A stretch of DNA of 64,000 bases from Candidatus Cloacimonadales bacterium (lineage in GTDB: Bacteria; Cloacimonadota; Cloacimonadia; Cloacimonadales; JAFGVF01): contig CAXXOU010000004.1 of the NCBI GenBank assembly GCA_963677495.2, forward strand, positions 544,001 to 608,000, read 5' to 3'. Position 1 is the stretch's first letter. Every line of letters begins with the position of its first letter. The position numbers and the translations under genes are program-made. Positions 31,201 to 39,809 of this stretch are shown piece by piece. The notes under the pieces are model-generated. The model was not told where the DNA came from. It was given only the letters and a program-made list of their open reading frames with translations, and ran no database searches.

Positions 31201-34200
31201 CAGCTATTTCTACATCATCCCTATAGATTTTATAACCTAAGAAATCACGGGTAAGTCCACCGGAAGTAGCGACTGCATCCCAGTTGAGTGTTACTTCATC
31301 TTCATTTACATTGTATGTGAGATTAGTAGTAGGGTAAAGAACTTCCAAATCAACAATTACGCTATTCGTAGGTTCTGAAACGCTGTTCGTATAGACAGCT
31401 TCGACATAGTAGGTATAAGTACCATTTGCTAAATCTAAATCATCAAAGGTTGTTGCAGTTGTATTAGATAGAAATGCATCATTTCTATAAATATTATATT
31501 GTAAAAATACACGAGTAGATGAAGGGGCATCCCAACTAAGTTGGATATCATCATCAGTAGCATTAGCAACAAGGTTTTGAGGAGCGTAAGGATACTCGAT
31601 GTTAAAGTTAACACTATTGGAGGTAGAAGAAGTACCACTATCGTAAACTGCTCTAACTTGATAAGTATAACTTCCATCAGCTAAGAGCTGGTCATAGTAT
31701 GTCAACTCAGTCAGATTACTAATGACAACATTATCTCTTAGAACTTCATATTCAACAAAGTCTCTTAATCCACTTGAGTTTACCGGAGCAACCCAATTGA
31801 GCCTAACGTTGTTGAAATCTTCAATTTGTCCTGTTAAACCAGTTGGAGCATAAAGTACCTCAACATTAGCTTGAAGAGTTACTGTTGCAGCAGCATTACC
31901 GGTTGTATAAGTTGCAATAACATAATAGTCATAAACACCATTTGCAAGATTTTCATCAGTATAAGATAACTCTGTAACATCAGCAATCTCTACATTATCT
32001 CTATAAACTTTGTATCCAAGGAACGCTCTTGTTAAACCACCGGAAGTAGCCGGAGCATCCCAGCTCAAGTTTACATCATCATCTAATACATTAAGTGTGA
32101 AGTTCTGAGCAGGATATAATACTTCAACAAGGGCATTCTCTGTGTTGGATGCATCTGATAATCCAGAATCATAAACAGCTTTCACATAGTAGTTGTAACT
32201 TCCATTTGCTAAGTCGTTATCATTATAACTCAAACCGGTTGTCTCATCGATTTCAACATCGTTACGATATACTTTGTAGTTAACTAAATCCCTATTCTGG
32301 GCTTCTAATCTTCCTAAAACACCTGTTTGAGGAGCAATCCAGGTTAATGCTACACTATCATCAGTAACTTGTGCAGTAAGTGTTCTTGGCGGATACAAAA
32401 CTTCCACTACTGCTACTGCATCGTTTGAGGCATCAGAAGCACCGGAATCAGAGTCGTTGTGAGTAATAAGATAGTAAGTATAAGTCCCATTAGATAGATT
32501 ACTATCAATATACTGTGTTTGCAATGAGTTGTCTATTAACTCTAACTCAAATCCATTCCTAAACAACTGGTAATGAGTAATACTTCTGCCACCTACAGCA
32601 GGTAAATCCCAGCTTAATGTTACATCTGCTTGATTCACGGAAGCAACAACATTAGTTACAGGGTTAGGATACTCAATTACTTTACTATCACTATTAGAAG
32701 CTTCAGATAAACCAGAATCATAAACTGCTTTAACATAATAGTTGTATGTGCCATCATCTAGTAACAGATCACTATATTGTATATCATTAACCTCAGCTAT
32801 TTCGGTATCATTACGATAAACTTTGTAGCCCATTAAGTTGCGCAAGCCACCACTGTTAACAGGTGCGACCCAACTTATGTTTATGTTATTTCTATCGAAA
32901 ACACTAGTAGCTAATCCGGTTGCAGGATATAACACTTCAACATTCATATCAACACTATTAGTTGCAGATGATTCACCAGCGTCATAAATAGCAGTAACAT
33001 AGTATTGGTAAACACCGTTACTTAAATCATCATCATTATAAGTTAGTTCTGTTGTTTCATCAATCTGTGAGTTATCTCTATAGATTCTATAAGTTATGAA
33101 ACTTCTTAAACCACCACTTGTAACAGGCTCAGTCCAGCTCAAGGTTACGCTATCATCATTAACTATTCCCTGTAGAGCAGTAGGAGGATAAGTAACATCC
33201 ATCTCTACATCAACAACATTCGAAGGTATCGATTCCTCTGCAGTGTACAAAGCAGTAACATAGTATGAATAATCACCATTAACTAAATCTACATCTCTAT
33301 ATGTAAGAACAGCAGGATCGGCAATATGGACAAGCTCAACTCCATCTCTATAGACTTTAAAACCATCCATAGAACGGTTAGTTCTCTGTTCTAAGCGTAA
33401 TTGGGTAGCAGAAGTTGCTGGTGGTGTCCAGTTCAGAACAAAGTCATCATCTTCCTGAGTAGCTGTCAGGTCTCTTGGTGGATAAGCAACTTCCACAAAG
33501 ATATTATTTACAGCTACGGGAGTTGATTCTCCAGTTGTATAAACAGCAGTCACTTCATAGTCGTAATACCCATTTGTTAATGCTGTATCATCATATGTTA
33601 AAGTTCCGGGTTGGTTAACAAAGTGAACCAAGTTATTATCACGATATATATTGTAACCATTGAAACTTCTTAAACCACCACTATTAACGGGTTGATCCCA
33701 GCTAAGTGTTACTACATCTCCACTCACATTTGCAGAGAGTGTAGTACATGGATATAGTACTTCCATAAGAACGTTTATGTTATTTGAAGCTGCAGAAGTA
33801 CCGGTTGCATAAGTAGCAGTAACATAATAGTCATAAACTCCATTAACAATATCTTCATCAAGATAATACAATCTGTTTGGATTAAAGATCATTGCAATCT
33901 GCTGGTTGTTTCTAAAGATTGAGTAACTCTGAATATTCTCTGAGTTAGCATCTCTTTCCCAAGCTAATCTAACATTGATTTGATTCTCAATGGTATAAGT
34001 AAGATTTACAGGTGGATAGAGTACTTCAATATCAATCGAAGCTGGAGTCCCTGCTTCAGATTCACCGTTTGTATGTATCGCTGTTACATTATAGACATAG
34101 CTACCGTTTGAGAGTCCTATGTCTGTGTATGTAAGAGTTGCCGGATCATTTATCTGTGCAATAGCAACATCATCGCGATAAATATTAAATCCAAGCAAGT

Positions 34201-36013
34201 CACGTGTCCCTGCAGGAGCAACCCAATCTAATTGTACATCATTAGTATTTACTAACTGTGCAGTAAGACCTGTGGGAGGAGTAGGCACACCAATGGATGC
34301 AATTGCAATATTGGATGGAGCTGATTCACCAATTGTATAGATTGCAGTTACAAAGTATCTGTAAACACCCGGTACCAAATCTAAATCATCAGAGTTTAGT
34401 GTAGATTCATTGTTGATTGTTGTTATCAAAGTGTCATTTCTATAAATCTTATAACCACTTAAACTTCTTCCATCTCTGAATGAAGGAGGTCTACTCCAAC
34501 TAAGTGATATGTCATCAGTAGAAACCACTTCAGCGATAAGATTAGTAGGTGTGTATGGTACTTCCACTTCTAAGGTTATAGGGTTTGAAGGGTTAGATAA
34601 ACCTTCCTGATAAAAAGCTTTAACATAGTATGAATACTCACCATTTGGGAGGTTTGAATCTGTATAAGTTAACACATTAGGGTTACTAACAGTGATAAGT
34701 TCAGTTCCATTTCTGTAAACTCTGTATCCGATTAAACTACGTGTTATACCTAATGGTTGGTCCCAAGTTAGCTGTATATCGTTGTTATTAACAACCTGTG
34801 CATTAAAGTTTTCTACAGGATTAAGTGGAGTATCACCATTAGGAAAGTCGATTGCGTCAATCCAGGCACAGTCCTGTCCTTCTACAGTTGCACCATCTTT
34901 TCGGTACTCCCATTTGAAAGTATGAACACCTGCTGTCACAGGATACTCTTCATACTCCCAGTTAGTTTGTCCATCCCATCTTTCCATCTCAATATCATCT
35001 ATCCAGAATGAAAGATAGTCATAAGTCGGTGTACCCCATGAGTTTTCACAAGAGACCTTACGGTTAAAGGAGATAACATCATCTGCCACAACATCTATCT
35101 CAATGTATAAGCTAGCTGTCTGATTATGATTTATCTGTCCGGATTTAGCAGCCTGAACTCCATAATAGTGTTCATTAGTTGTTATAGTCCAATCTGAACT
35201 TCCACTGAATTGCCAGTTAAAACCAGAGAAGTCACCTTCAAAGTTTTCATCAATAGTTACAGGTCCCAAACCGGGATATATCCCAACAACTGCTGATTGA
35301 CCTGAGGTTAAATCCAAACCTTCGTAATTTAATGTATTAAGCGTGTAATAACCATTGCTATTGCCATCCTTACCCCAATTAACGTGGAACTCATTACCGT
35401 TTTGCCAACCGTCTATTACAAAGCCAATTTCTCCATCAACAGTGTCTGCTGTATAAAGAACAGGTCTGCCTTGATTCAATTCATCTTTAATCAACTGCTC
35501 CCAGTTTGGATCTGAATATGAACTTCTATCAACCAACGTCAATGAGCTGTCATACCTAAAATTATTCAGCAATGCACTATAGGCATTTGCTATAGGAGCA
35601 TAAGATGCATTTGTCCCATAATCCATATTCAAGGCAATACCTGCATGTGAAATCAACTCTGTTGAGCCACTCAACACAAGTGTATTGGACATTGAACCCC
35701 AATTGTAATCTGTATTCTCAAAGTTTGCTGAAAGATTACCATATACGGGGTGATCGTAACTATTAGAACCTACTCCATTCGCAGGATGATTCCAAAACTT
35801 CATTATCATTGCTGTTGATACAGCCATAGTTCCTGCATCTGCATTATTACCAGACCCGGCATTATCATTTGGACACTCATCGTTCCACTCATTCCCGGTA
35901 CCCCACAAACTTTGCACCATTGGTGCAACATCTGCATAAGCGGTTAATGGGATTAGGAGTGTAAACATAGTAATCATGAGAACGTTAAAAAAACGTCTGT
36001 TTACAAATTGCAT
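25274..36013 (-). CDS. Giant secreted surface protein: inactive peptidase C10 (streptopain-like) domain, beta-sandwich adhesin-like domain, ~35 fibronectin type III repeats, FlgD/T9SS-like C-terminal domain
   Basis: Signal peptide; C10-like WNDECP...MIMKFWNHP, ELNQGRPVLY, FVIDGW...FHVNWG; FN3 units L.W..P...GY.VYR...Y.D..L.NG.Y.YYV.A.Y..G.S..SN; C-terminus IYPNPFNP...VYNSRGQYVKT...WNGDD...ASGIYF. Confidence 0.9.
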   Translation of the reverse strand: MQFVNRRFFNVLMITMFTLLIPLTAYADVAPMVQSLWGTGNEWNDECPNDNAGSGNNADAGTMAVSTAMIMKFWNHPANGVGSNSYDHPVYGNLSANFENTDYNWGSMSNTLVLSGSTELISHAGIALNMDYGTNASYAPIANAYSALLNNFRYDSSLTLVDRSSYSDPNWEQLIKDELNQGRPVLYTADTVDGEIGFVIDGWQNGNEFHVNWGKDGNSNGYYTLNTLNYEGLDLTSGQSAVVGIYPGLGPVTIDENFEGDFSGFNWQFSGSSDWTITTNEHYYGVQAAKSGQINHNQTASLYIEIDVVADDVISFNRKVSCENSWGTPTYDYLSFWIDDIEMERWDGQTNWEYEEYPVTAGVHTFKWEYRKDGATVEGQDCAWIDAIDFPNGDTPLNPVENFNAQVVNNNDIQLTWDQPLGITRSLIGYRVYRNGTELITVSNPNVLTYTDSNLPNGEYSYYVKAFYQEGLSNPSNPITLEVEVPYTPTNLIAEVVSTDDISLSWSRPPSFRDGRSLSGYKIYRNDTLITTINNESTLNSDDLDLVPGVYRYFVTAIYTIGESAPSNIAIASIGVPTPPTGLTAQLVNTNDVQLDWVAPAGTRDLLGFNIYRDDVAIAQINDPATLTYTDIGLSNGSYVYNVTAIHTNGESEAGTPASIDIEVLYPPVNLTYTIENQINVRLAWERDANSENIQSYSIFRNNQQIAMIFNPNRLYYLDEDIVNGVYDYYVTATYATGTSAASNNINVLMEVLYPCTTLSANVSGDVVTLSWDQPVNSGGLRSFNGYNIYRDNNLVHFVNQPGTLTYDDTALTNGYYDYEVTAVYTTGESTPVAVNNIFVEVAYPPRDLTATQEDDDFVLNWTPPATSATQLRLEQRTNRSMDGFKVYRDGVELVHIADPAVLTYRDVDLVNGDYSYYVTALYTAEESIPSNVVDVEMDVTYPPTALQGIVNDDSVTLSWTEPVTSGGLRSFITYRIYRDNSQIDETTELTYNDDDLSNGVYQYYVTAIYDAGESSATNSVDMNVEVLYPATGLATSVFDRNNINISWVAPVNSGGLRNLMGYKVYRNDTEIAEVNDIQYSDLLLDDGTYNYYVKAVYDSGLSEASNSDSKVIEYPNPVTNVVASVNQADVTLSWDLPAVGGRSITHYQLFRNGFELELIDNSLQTQYIDSNLSNGTYTYYLITHNDSDSGASDASNDAVAVVEVLYPPRTLTAQVTDDSVALTWIAPQTGVLGRLEAQNRDLVNYKVYRNDVEIDETTGLSYNDNDLANGSYNYYVKAVYDSGLSDASNTENALVEVLYPAQNFTLNVLDDDVNLSWDAPATSGGLTRAFLGYKVYRDNVEIADVTELSYTDENLANGVYDYYVIATYTTGNAAATVTLQANVEVLYAPTGLTGQIEDFNNVRLNWVAPVNSSGLRDFVEYEVLRDNVVISNLTELTYYDQLLADGSYTYQVRAVYDSGTSSTSNSVNFNIEYPYAPQNLVANATDDDIQLSWDAPSSTRVFLQYNIYRNDAFLSNTTATTFDDLDLANGTYTYYVEAVYTNSVSEPTNSVIVDLEVLYPTTNLTYNVNEDEVTLNWDAVATSGGLTRDFLGYKIYRDDVEIADLTELTYTDIDLTNGVYNYYVKANYSSGLSEASNTVTATVEVLYPATNLTYSVDQDEVTLNWETAVTSGGLTRDFLGYKVYRDDVEIAEVTELTYTDVDLTNGVYDYYVKANYSSGLAEESNTVTATVEVLYPATNLTYSVDQDEVTLNWDAAVTFGGLTRDFLGYKVYRDDVEIADITELTYTDMDLANGVYNYYVKAYYSSGLSEASNTVTATIEVLYPATNLTYSVDHDEVTLNWDAVATSGGLTRDFLGYKVYRDDVEIADVTELTYTDIDLANGVYNYNVKANYSSGLSEESNTVVALVEVLYPATNLTYSVDQDEVTLNWDAAATSGGLTRDFLGYKVYRDDVEIAVVTELSYIDIDLANGVYTYYVKANYSSGLAEASNTVAATVEVLYPATNLTYSVNEDEVTLSWNPALTSGGLTRDFLGYKVYRDDVEIADVAELTYTDVDLANGVYNYYVKANYSNGLSEATNIVTATVEVLYPVTNLVYSVNQDEVILNWDAALTSGGLTRDFLGYKVYRDDVEIADLTELTYTDVDLANGVYNYYVKANYSSGLSEASNTVTATIEVLYPATNLTYSVNQDEVTLNWNAAVTSGGLTRDFLSYKIYRNNLEIGEVTELTYTDVDLANGDYDYYVKANYSSGLSEASNTVTATVEVLYPATNLTYSVNQDEVTLSWNAAVTSGGLTRDFMGYKIYRDDVEIAETMATSYVDVDLANGVYNYYVKANYSSGLSEESNTISATVEVLYPATALTYNVNLDDVTLSWSAPNTSGGLTRSFLGYKIYRDLMEIAEVTELIYTDMDLANGTYSYSVRAVYDSGLSEYSNTVNVNVEVLYAPQNLIGTVTGDNVSLAWDAPAVSGNRSLLGYKVYKGSNEIAEITDLMYSDTGIANGNYSYYVTAFYTSGESVASNIYIADVDVPYAPTNLTGSVNLDTVTLNWDLPAVSGGLRNFNGYFIYRNDELLDVLNNPATQSFMDENLANGDYQYYIVAYYDSGLSASSNTIQLTVNVLPDLLPPTNLQAVVSNVRDVALTWDIPENNPISYKVYRNSVELTEVVTNSFSDTSLANGTYMYWVKAVYNEGISSNSNSVTVNIEMAYPPTALTTSVVDNDVTLNWTNPGAGELGVIVYRDNTEIALINDSTTTSFVDMDLMNGTYDYYLKTIYTSTVSQASTTAIATVEIIYPVTTLQADLLDNNVTLTWQNPVDPTGLIAYKVFRNDILIATQTELNYVDNVLANGDYDYYVIAQYNAGESNPSNTVSVPVQLAYPIQNAQVAVNGADVTVTWDAPSDVVGLQSYYVERQGEFVGSTQELTFTDMNVINGSYIYTIRANYEVGLSQPVNASPQAVVLVPHAPTALTYQVNGNSISLNWNQPSDMNAFQTYFVYRNGSVESVTSLTNYTDEFLSNGTYEYYITATYNVEGITAESTPSNTVQAEVSQAYPPTGLTFTIDNANDVTLNWNAPVDTNDLSHYNVYKNGTLVTGVTELTYQEIGLANGNYQYEVEAYYNSGSSASSNAVNFDIEIAYEPTDLVASAIDNNVTLSWNEPSDIVGLQSYNIYRDNTLIDNTTAVTYDDLNLANGTYSYTVSAVYSSSESAQTAPELVEIEIAYAPSNLIVSVLNNDVSLVWDPPTDVTGLLSYNIYKDGSFLANDTLLAYDDMDLGNGDYTYAISAVYSNGESVQTAVETGHVEVVYDPANLVIDVMDNDVTLTWDAPSDIIGLTHYNIYQNNVVVNTSTQLTYSDLDLVNDHYDYAVTAEYGAGESNQITGEVNVLVTYAPQMAEADVEPNSHFALLNWTEPVDTGFLLGYGIFRLMPGQLESPELWVSVETLVIGIEFTDEEFANLPEGLYLYAITAVYQDSNMSDAVFTNVIDPTDTSDDSVAPIVTNLNGIYPNPFNPTATISFSIAQSERAVVKVYNSRGQYVKTITDEILPQGNYTYTWNGDDRNNRKLASGIYFIRMQTNSYSKSIKAILMK
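28970..31345 (-). repeat. Intragenic tandem repeat: 9 x 264 bp (88-aa FN3 unit)
   Basis: The GGLTRDF codon block (aaatcacg.gt.ag) recurs every 264 bp from ~29130 to ~31242. Confidence 0.92.
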
Positions 36014-36170
36014 AAATCTGTGCTCCTCTTTCTATTTATCTATATTTCAAACATTTACTAACCCAATAACATAATATAAGAAGTGCAAGTACTTTCCTAA
36101 GTAAACTCCTAAGTTATTATATTACATTATATAAAGCAATTATTATTCCTGTTCGGTTCTAAAGTGAAAT

Positions 36171-36497
36171 CTGCAACAACTTACCGCATTTCAGGGAGTT
36201 TGTCGGCCTGATAAGGCAACGGACTTCCTGAAATGCACTCCGAAGTCGCAATTCCCTGATTCGTTCTCGCGTCACGCTATCGCTGCAACGCAAGTCCGAA
36301 ATTAACATACACAGCGCCTTTTTCAATAACTTAGCTACATTTATTGCCCTTTTTACTCTCTTTTACTGCCCTATCCGGCAACGCACTGTGTCTGCACTGT
36401 GCCCCCACTGTGAAGGCACTGCTAACCCACTGTTTCACCGGGTGCACAGTGCGTGCACAGTGGGAAAACAGTGGGATGACTGCGTTTTGTTGGATAG
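36171..36497 (+). repeat. Intergenic composite repeat, copy 3
   Basis: Close reverse complement of ~23031-23357 (gcatttcagggagtttgtc...gacttcctgaaatgc hairpin, linker, CACTG module). Confidence 0.92.
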
Positions 36498-36642
36498 ATT
36501 GCAGGAAGCAGACAGAGGAATAAGATTAATGAGATTACACTTGACGTATTAACAGCATAAGTAATATTTCTGAAAGGTCTACTTACTGTGGTTAGACTTT
36601 GAATTACGATTATCATTTAGAGAAAAGATATATGGAGGAGAG

Positions 36643-39354
36643 ATGAAGAAGATCCTGACGCTATTTATTTTTATAACTATCTTAACTTCTATGTGGGCTC
36701 ATATGACCTATTATGAGACTACTTTAACTCAACCTGACGGTACTGAGTTTGAAGTTACAATAACCGGTGACCAGTACTTTCGTTCAGTTGCGGATAAGGA
36801 GAATTATACTCTTATTGTTGAACCTAAGACAGGGGAGTGGATGTATGCAATGAAAGGAAGAGATGGTTTAGTACCAAGTCCTTACAAACAGGGTACTATT
36901 GACCCATCTACTATAGGAATTGAACCCGGTTTAGCATACTCAACGAATCAGATAAATAAGAGAGTTGATGAGATGGAAGAGTTCTATTCTGCTAACAGCC
37001 AGTCAAGGACACCAAATACAGGTACTTTCAATAATCTTGTTGTCTTCATACGCTTTTCCGGTGAATCTGAGTTTAATCAGACACTTAGTACATACACAGA
37101 TATGATTAGTGATACAACTCCCGGTGCTAACTCCATGATTAACTTCTTCCAGGAAGCTTCATACAACCAGTTAACTATCCAATCACATTACTATCCACCT
37201 ACTTCAACAAGTTACGTTGTCTCTTATCAGGATACATATCCAAGAAGTTATTTTCAACCGTATAGTGGTTCGAACACTAATGGTTATAACGGAGATGATG
37301 AGCGTGGAGAGCGTGAATTTGCACTCTTACAAAGAGCAGTGAACTATATCGACAGCTATGTCCCTACTTCATTGAACATTGATGCAGATAACGATGGATA
37401 TGTAGATAATATTGTGTTTATTGTTAAAGGTAACACAGACGGTTGGTCAGACCTTTTATGGCCACATAGATGGGTGTTATATGGATTGAATGTATATCTT
37501 AATGGGGATAGAGTTTGGGACTTCAATTTCCAGTTACAAAATCATTTAGTTAGTAGCGGTAACGGCGTTATGTGTCATGAAATGTTCCATTCAGTCGGGG
37601 CTCCTGACCTTTATCACTATAGTCAGGACAATATGGATCCTGTGGGACAATGGGATCTTATGGAGGCTACAACTAATCCGCCACAACACATGTTGATGTA
37701 TATGAAATACAGGTATGGACTTTGGGTTAATAATATACCTGAAATTACAACAAGTGGAACCTACACATTAGCTCCAAGCATGGATAGTGCGAATAACTGC
37801 TATAAGATAGCTTCGACGGACTCAGATGAATACTATGTTTTAGAGTATCGCAAAATGGAAGGAACCTTCGAGAGTAGTTTACCCGGTGAAGGTCTGGTGA
37901 TTTATAGAATCAATACAAATGTTGATGGAGAGGGTAATAGAAATGGTCCTCCGGATGAAGTATACGTTTATCGTCCAAACGGAACTTTAACTGCAAATGG
38001 TAATTCAAGTGCAGGTGTCTTCAACGCATCTTATGGAAGAACCGAGATTAATGATTACACAAATCCAAACGGTTTCCTTTCTGACGGTTCACTAGGTGGT
38101 TTAAACATATCACAAGTAACAACAGCGGGAAATACTATATCATTCTATGCTAATATTGGTGGAACAGGTGCACCAGATGTATCAGTATCACCAACTTCAT
38201 TATCAGCATCTCTACCCCCTGATGCAACTGGTACTCGAACAGTTAGAATTACCAATAATGGTACTGCACCGTTAACTTATAACATTAGCCTACAAGATGG
38301 AACCAGGAACTCAGGTGGTCCAACAACTAGTGGTTACTACTGGCTTGATAGTGCTGAAGCTAATGGACCTGCTTATGTCTGGAATGATATAAGTTCAAGT
38401 GGAACAGAGATTAACTTCACATCAGATGACCAGATCTCTTCAACTATCAACTTAGGTTTTAGTTTCCCATATTACGAAAATAGCTATTCATCTCTAGCAG
38501 TATGTGGTAATGGTTTCCTTAGTTTCTCAGGTACAGATACAGAGTGGAGTAATGAGGATATACCTGATAGTAGTACACCAAATAGTTATATTGCTCCTTT
38601 CTGGGATGATTTAAGTCCACAACAAAGTGGTTCAGTTCATTATTATAGCGATACTGTCAATCAGCGCTTTATTGTACAGTTTACAAATGTACCGCATTAT
38701 TACACTGTAACCGGAACATATACTTTCCAAGTTCACCTGTATGCAAACGGTGAAATCTATTTCTACTATAACAATATGCAAGATACTGTTGATAGTGCAA
38801 CAATTGGAATGGAGAACAGTGATGGCTCTGAAGGTCTTAAGATTGCTTATAATCAAAGCTATGTAACTAACAATAGAGCAGTTCTTATCAGTAATGTTAA
38901 TTTCATACAAGATGATGTTGATTGGGCTGATGCAACTCCAACTGTTGGATCAATAAACCCGAATCAGTATGAGGATGTTACTATTAATATTGATACAGCA
39001 GGACTGAGTGCCGGTAGTAATTATACAGCATCAATTGTGATTAATTCCAATGATAGTGATCAACCATCGATTACTGTACCATTATACCTAGCAGTCACAG
39101 GTTCCTTGGATGCACCTGCAAACGCAACTGCAAGAGTAGTCAATGGACAGATGCAACTGAAATGGTCACCGGTAGCGGGAGCAAGTTCCTATAACGTGTT
39201 TATGCAGAACCCAAGTAATGGTACTTATTACAACAGAAATACTTATGGTACTTTTGGCACAGAAGGTGGTTATGTGACTTGGACAACTATCTTCAACTTA
39301 GGAAATGTCAGTTGGGACAGAGCTTTCTTCTACATTAAAGCAGTAGCTGAATAG
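36643..39354 (+). CDS. Secreted M6-family (immune inhibitor A-like) metalloprotease with a nidogen-like domain
   Basis: Signal peptide; TQPDG propeptide; HEMFHSVGAPDLY (HExxHxxGxxD); VGQWDLM Met-turn; EYYVLEYR; IAPFWDDL. Confidence 0.9.
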   Translation: MKKILTLFIFITILTSMWAHMTYYETTLTQPDGTEFEVTITGDQYFRSVADKENYTLIVEPKTGEWMYAMKGRDGLVPSPYKQGTIDPSTIGIEPGLAYSTNQINKRVDEMEEFYSANSQSRTPNTGTFNNLVVFIRFSGESEFNQTLSTYTDMISDTTPGANSMINFFQEASYNQLTIQSHYYPPTSTSYVVSYQDTYPRSYFQPYSGSNTNGYNGDDERGEREFALLQRAVNYIDSYVPTSLNIDADNDGYVDNIVFIVKGNTDGWSDLLWPHRWVLYGLNVYLNGDRVWDFNFQLQNHLVSSGNGVMCHEMFHSVGAPDLYHYSQDNMDPVGQWDLMEATTNPPQHMLMYMKYRYGLWVNNIPEITTSGTYTLAPSMDSANNCYKIASTDSDEYYVLEYRKMEGTFESSLPGEGLVIYRINTNVDGEGNRNGPPDEVYVYRPNGTLTANGNSSAGVFNASYGRTEINDYTNPNGFLSDGSLGGLNISQVTTAGNTISFYANIGGTGAPDVSVSPTSLSASLPPDATGTRTVRITNNGTAPLTYNISLQDGTRNSGGPTTSGYYWLDSAEANGPAYVWNDISSSGTEINFTSDDQISSTINLGFSFPYYENSYSSLAVCGNGFLSFSGTDTEWSNEDIPDSSTPNSYIAPFWDDLSPQQSGSVHYYSDTVNQRFIVQFTNVPHYYTVTGTYTFQVHLYANGEIYFYYNNMQDTVDSATIGMENSDGSEGLKIAYNQSYVTNNRAVLISNVNFIQDDVDWADATPTVGSINPNQYEDVTINIDTAGLSAGSNYTASIVINSNDSDQPSITVPLYLAVTGSLDAPANATARVVNGQMQLKWSPVAGASSYNVFMQNPSNGTYYNRNTYGTFGTEGGYVTWTTIFNLGNVSWDRAFFYIKAVAE

Positions 39355-39375
39355 AAGATAAATAACAAACGATAT

Positions 39376-39409
39376 ATGCCGGTTTTCAAATGAGAACCGG
39401 CATTTCTTT
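39376..39409 (+). terminator. Intrinsic terminator
   Basis: atgccggttttca-aa-tgagaaccggcat followed by ttcttt. Confidence 0.7.
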
Positions 39410-39480
39410 AATATTTTGTATTACAATTACTAAGTTTGATTAATGTTTGTGCTGGATAAACAGCCCAAAATCAAGAAGCC

Positions 39481-39745
39481 TCCCTTGGGTTACTCTTGTC
39501 TCTCTCTTGTGTTTCTCTTGCAAAGCCAAGAGAGGGTCAAGGCTTGAGCAAGGGAAACACAAGGGTAACCTCACCACTTCTTCCTGACTCCATTCAGACT
39601 CATCTCACTCTTGTCCCACTCTCTTCCCTCAGCAGTAACAACTGCTTACTAATCAATTCTAACTTATTAATAAATTGATACTTTCCTGGTAATTAACCCA
39701 AGGATTACCCAAGTGTTTCCCAAGGGTTACCCAAGTGTCTCACAG
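39481..39745. repeat. 11-bp-periodic CTTG/CAAG and CCCAAG arrays
   Basis: CTTG at 39484/495/506/517, CAAG at 39527/538/549/560, CCCAAG at 39697/708/719/730. Confidence 0.85.
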
Positions 39746-39809
39746 GAATTGTAAAGCCGAAAATGCATAGGAAATCAGCATTATCTGGATTGAATGAGAG
39801 AAATGCAGT

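Noticed and set aside
28970..31345. Diversity-generating retroelement TR/VR pair among the FN3 repeats
   Set aside because: Differences are mostly synonymous rather than adenine-specific, and no reverse transcriptase is present.
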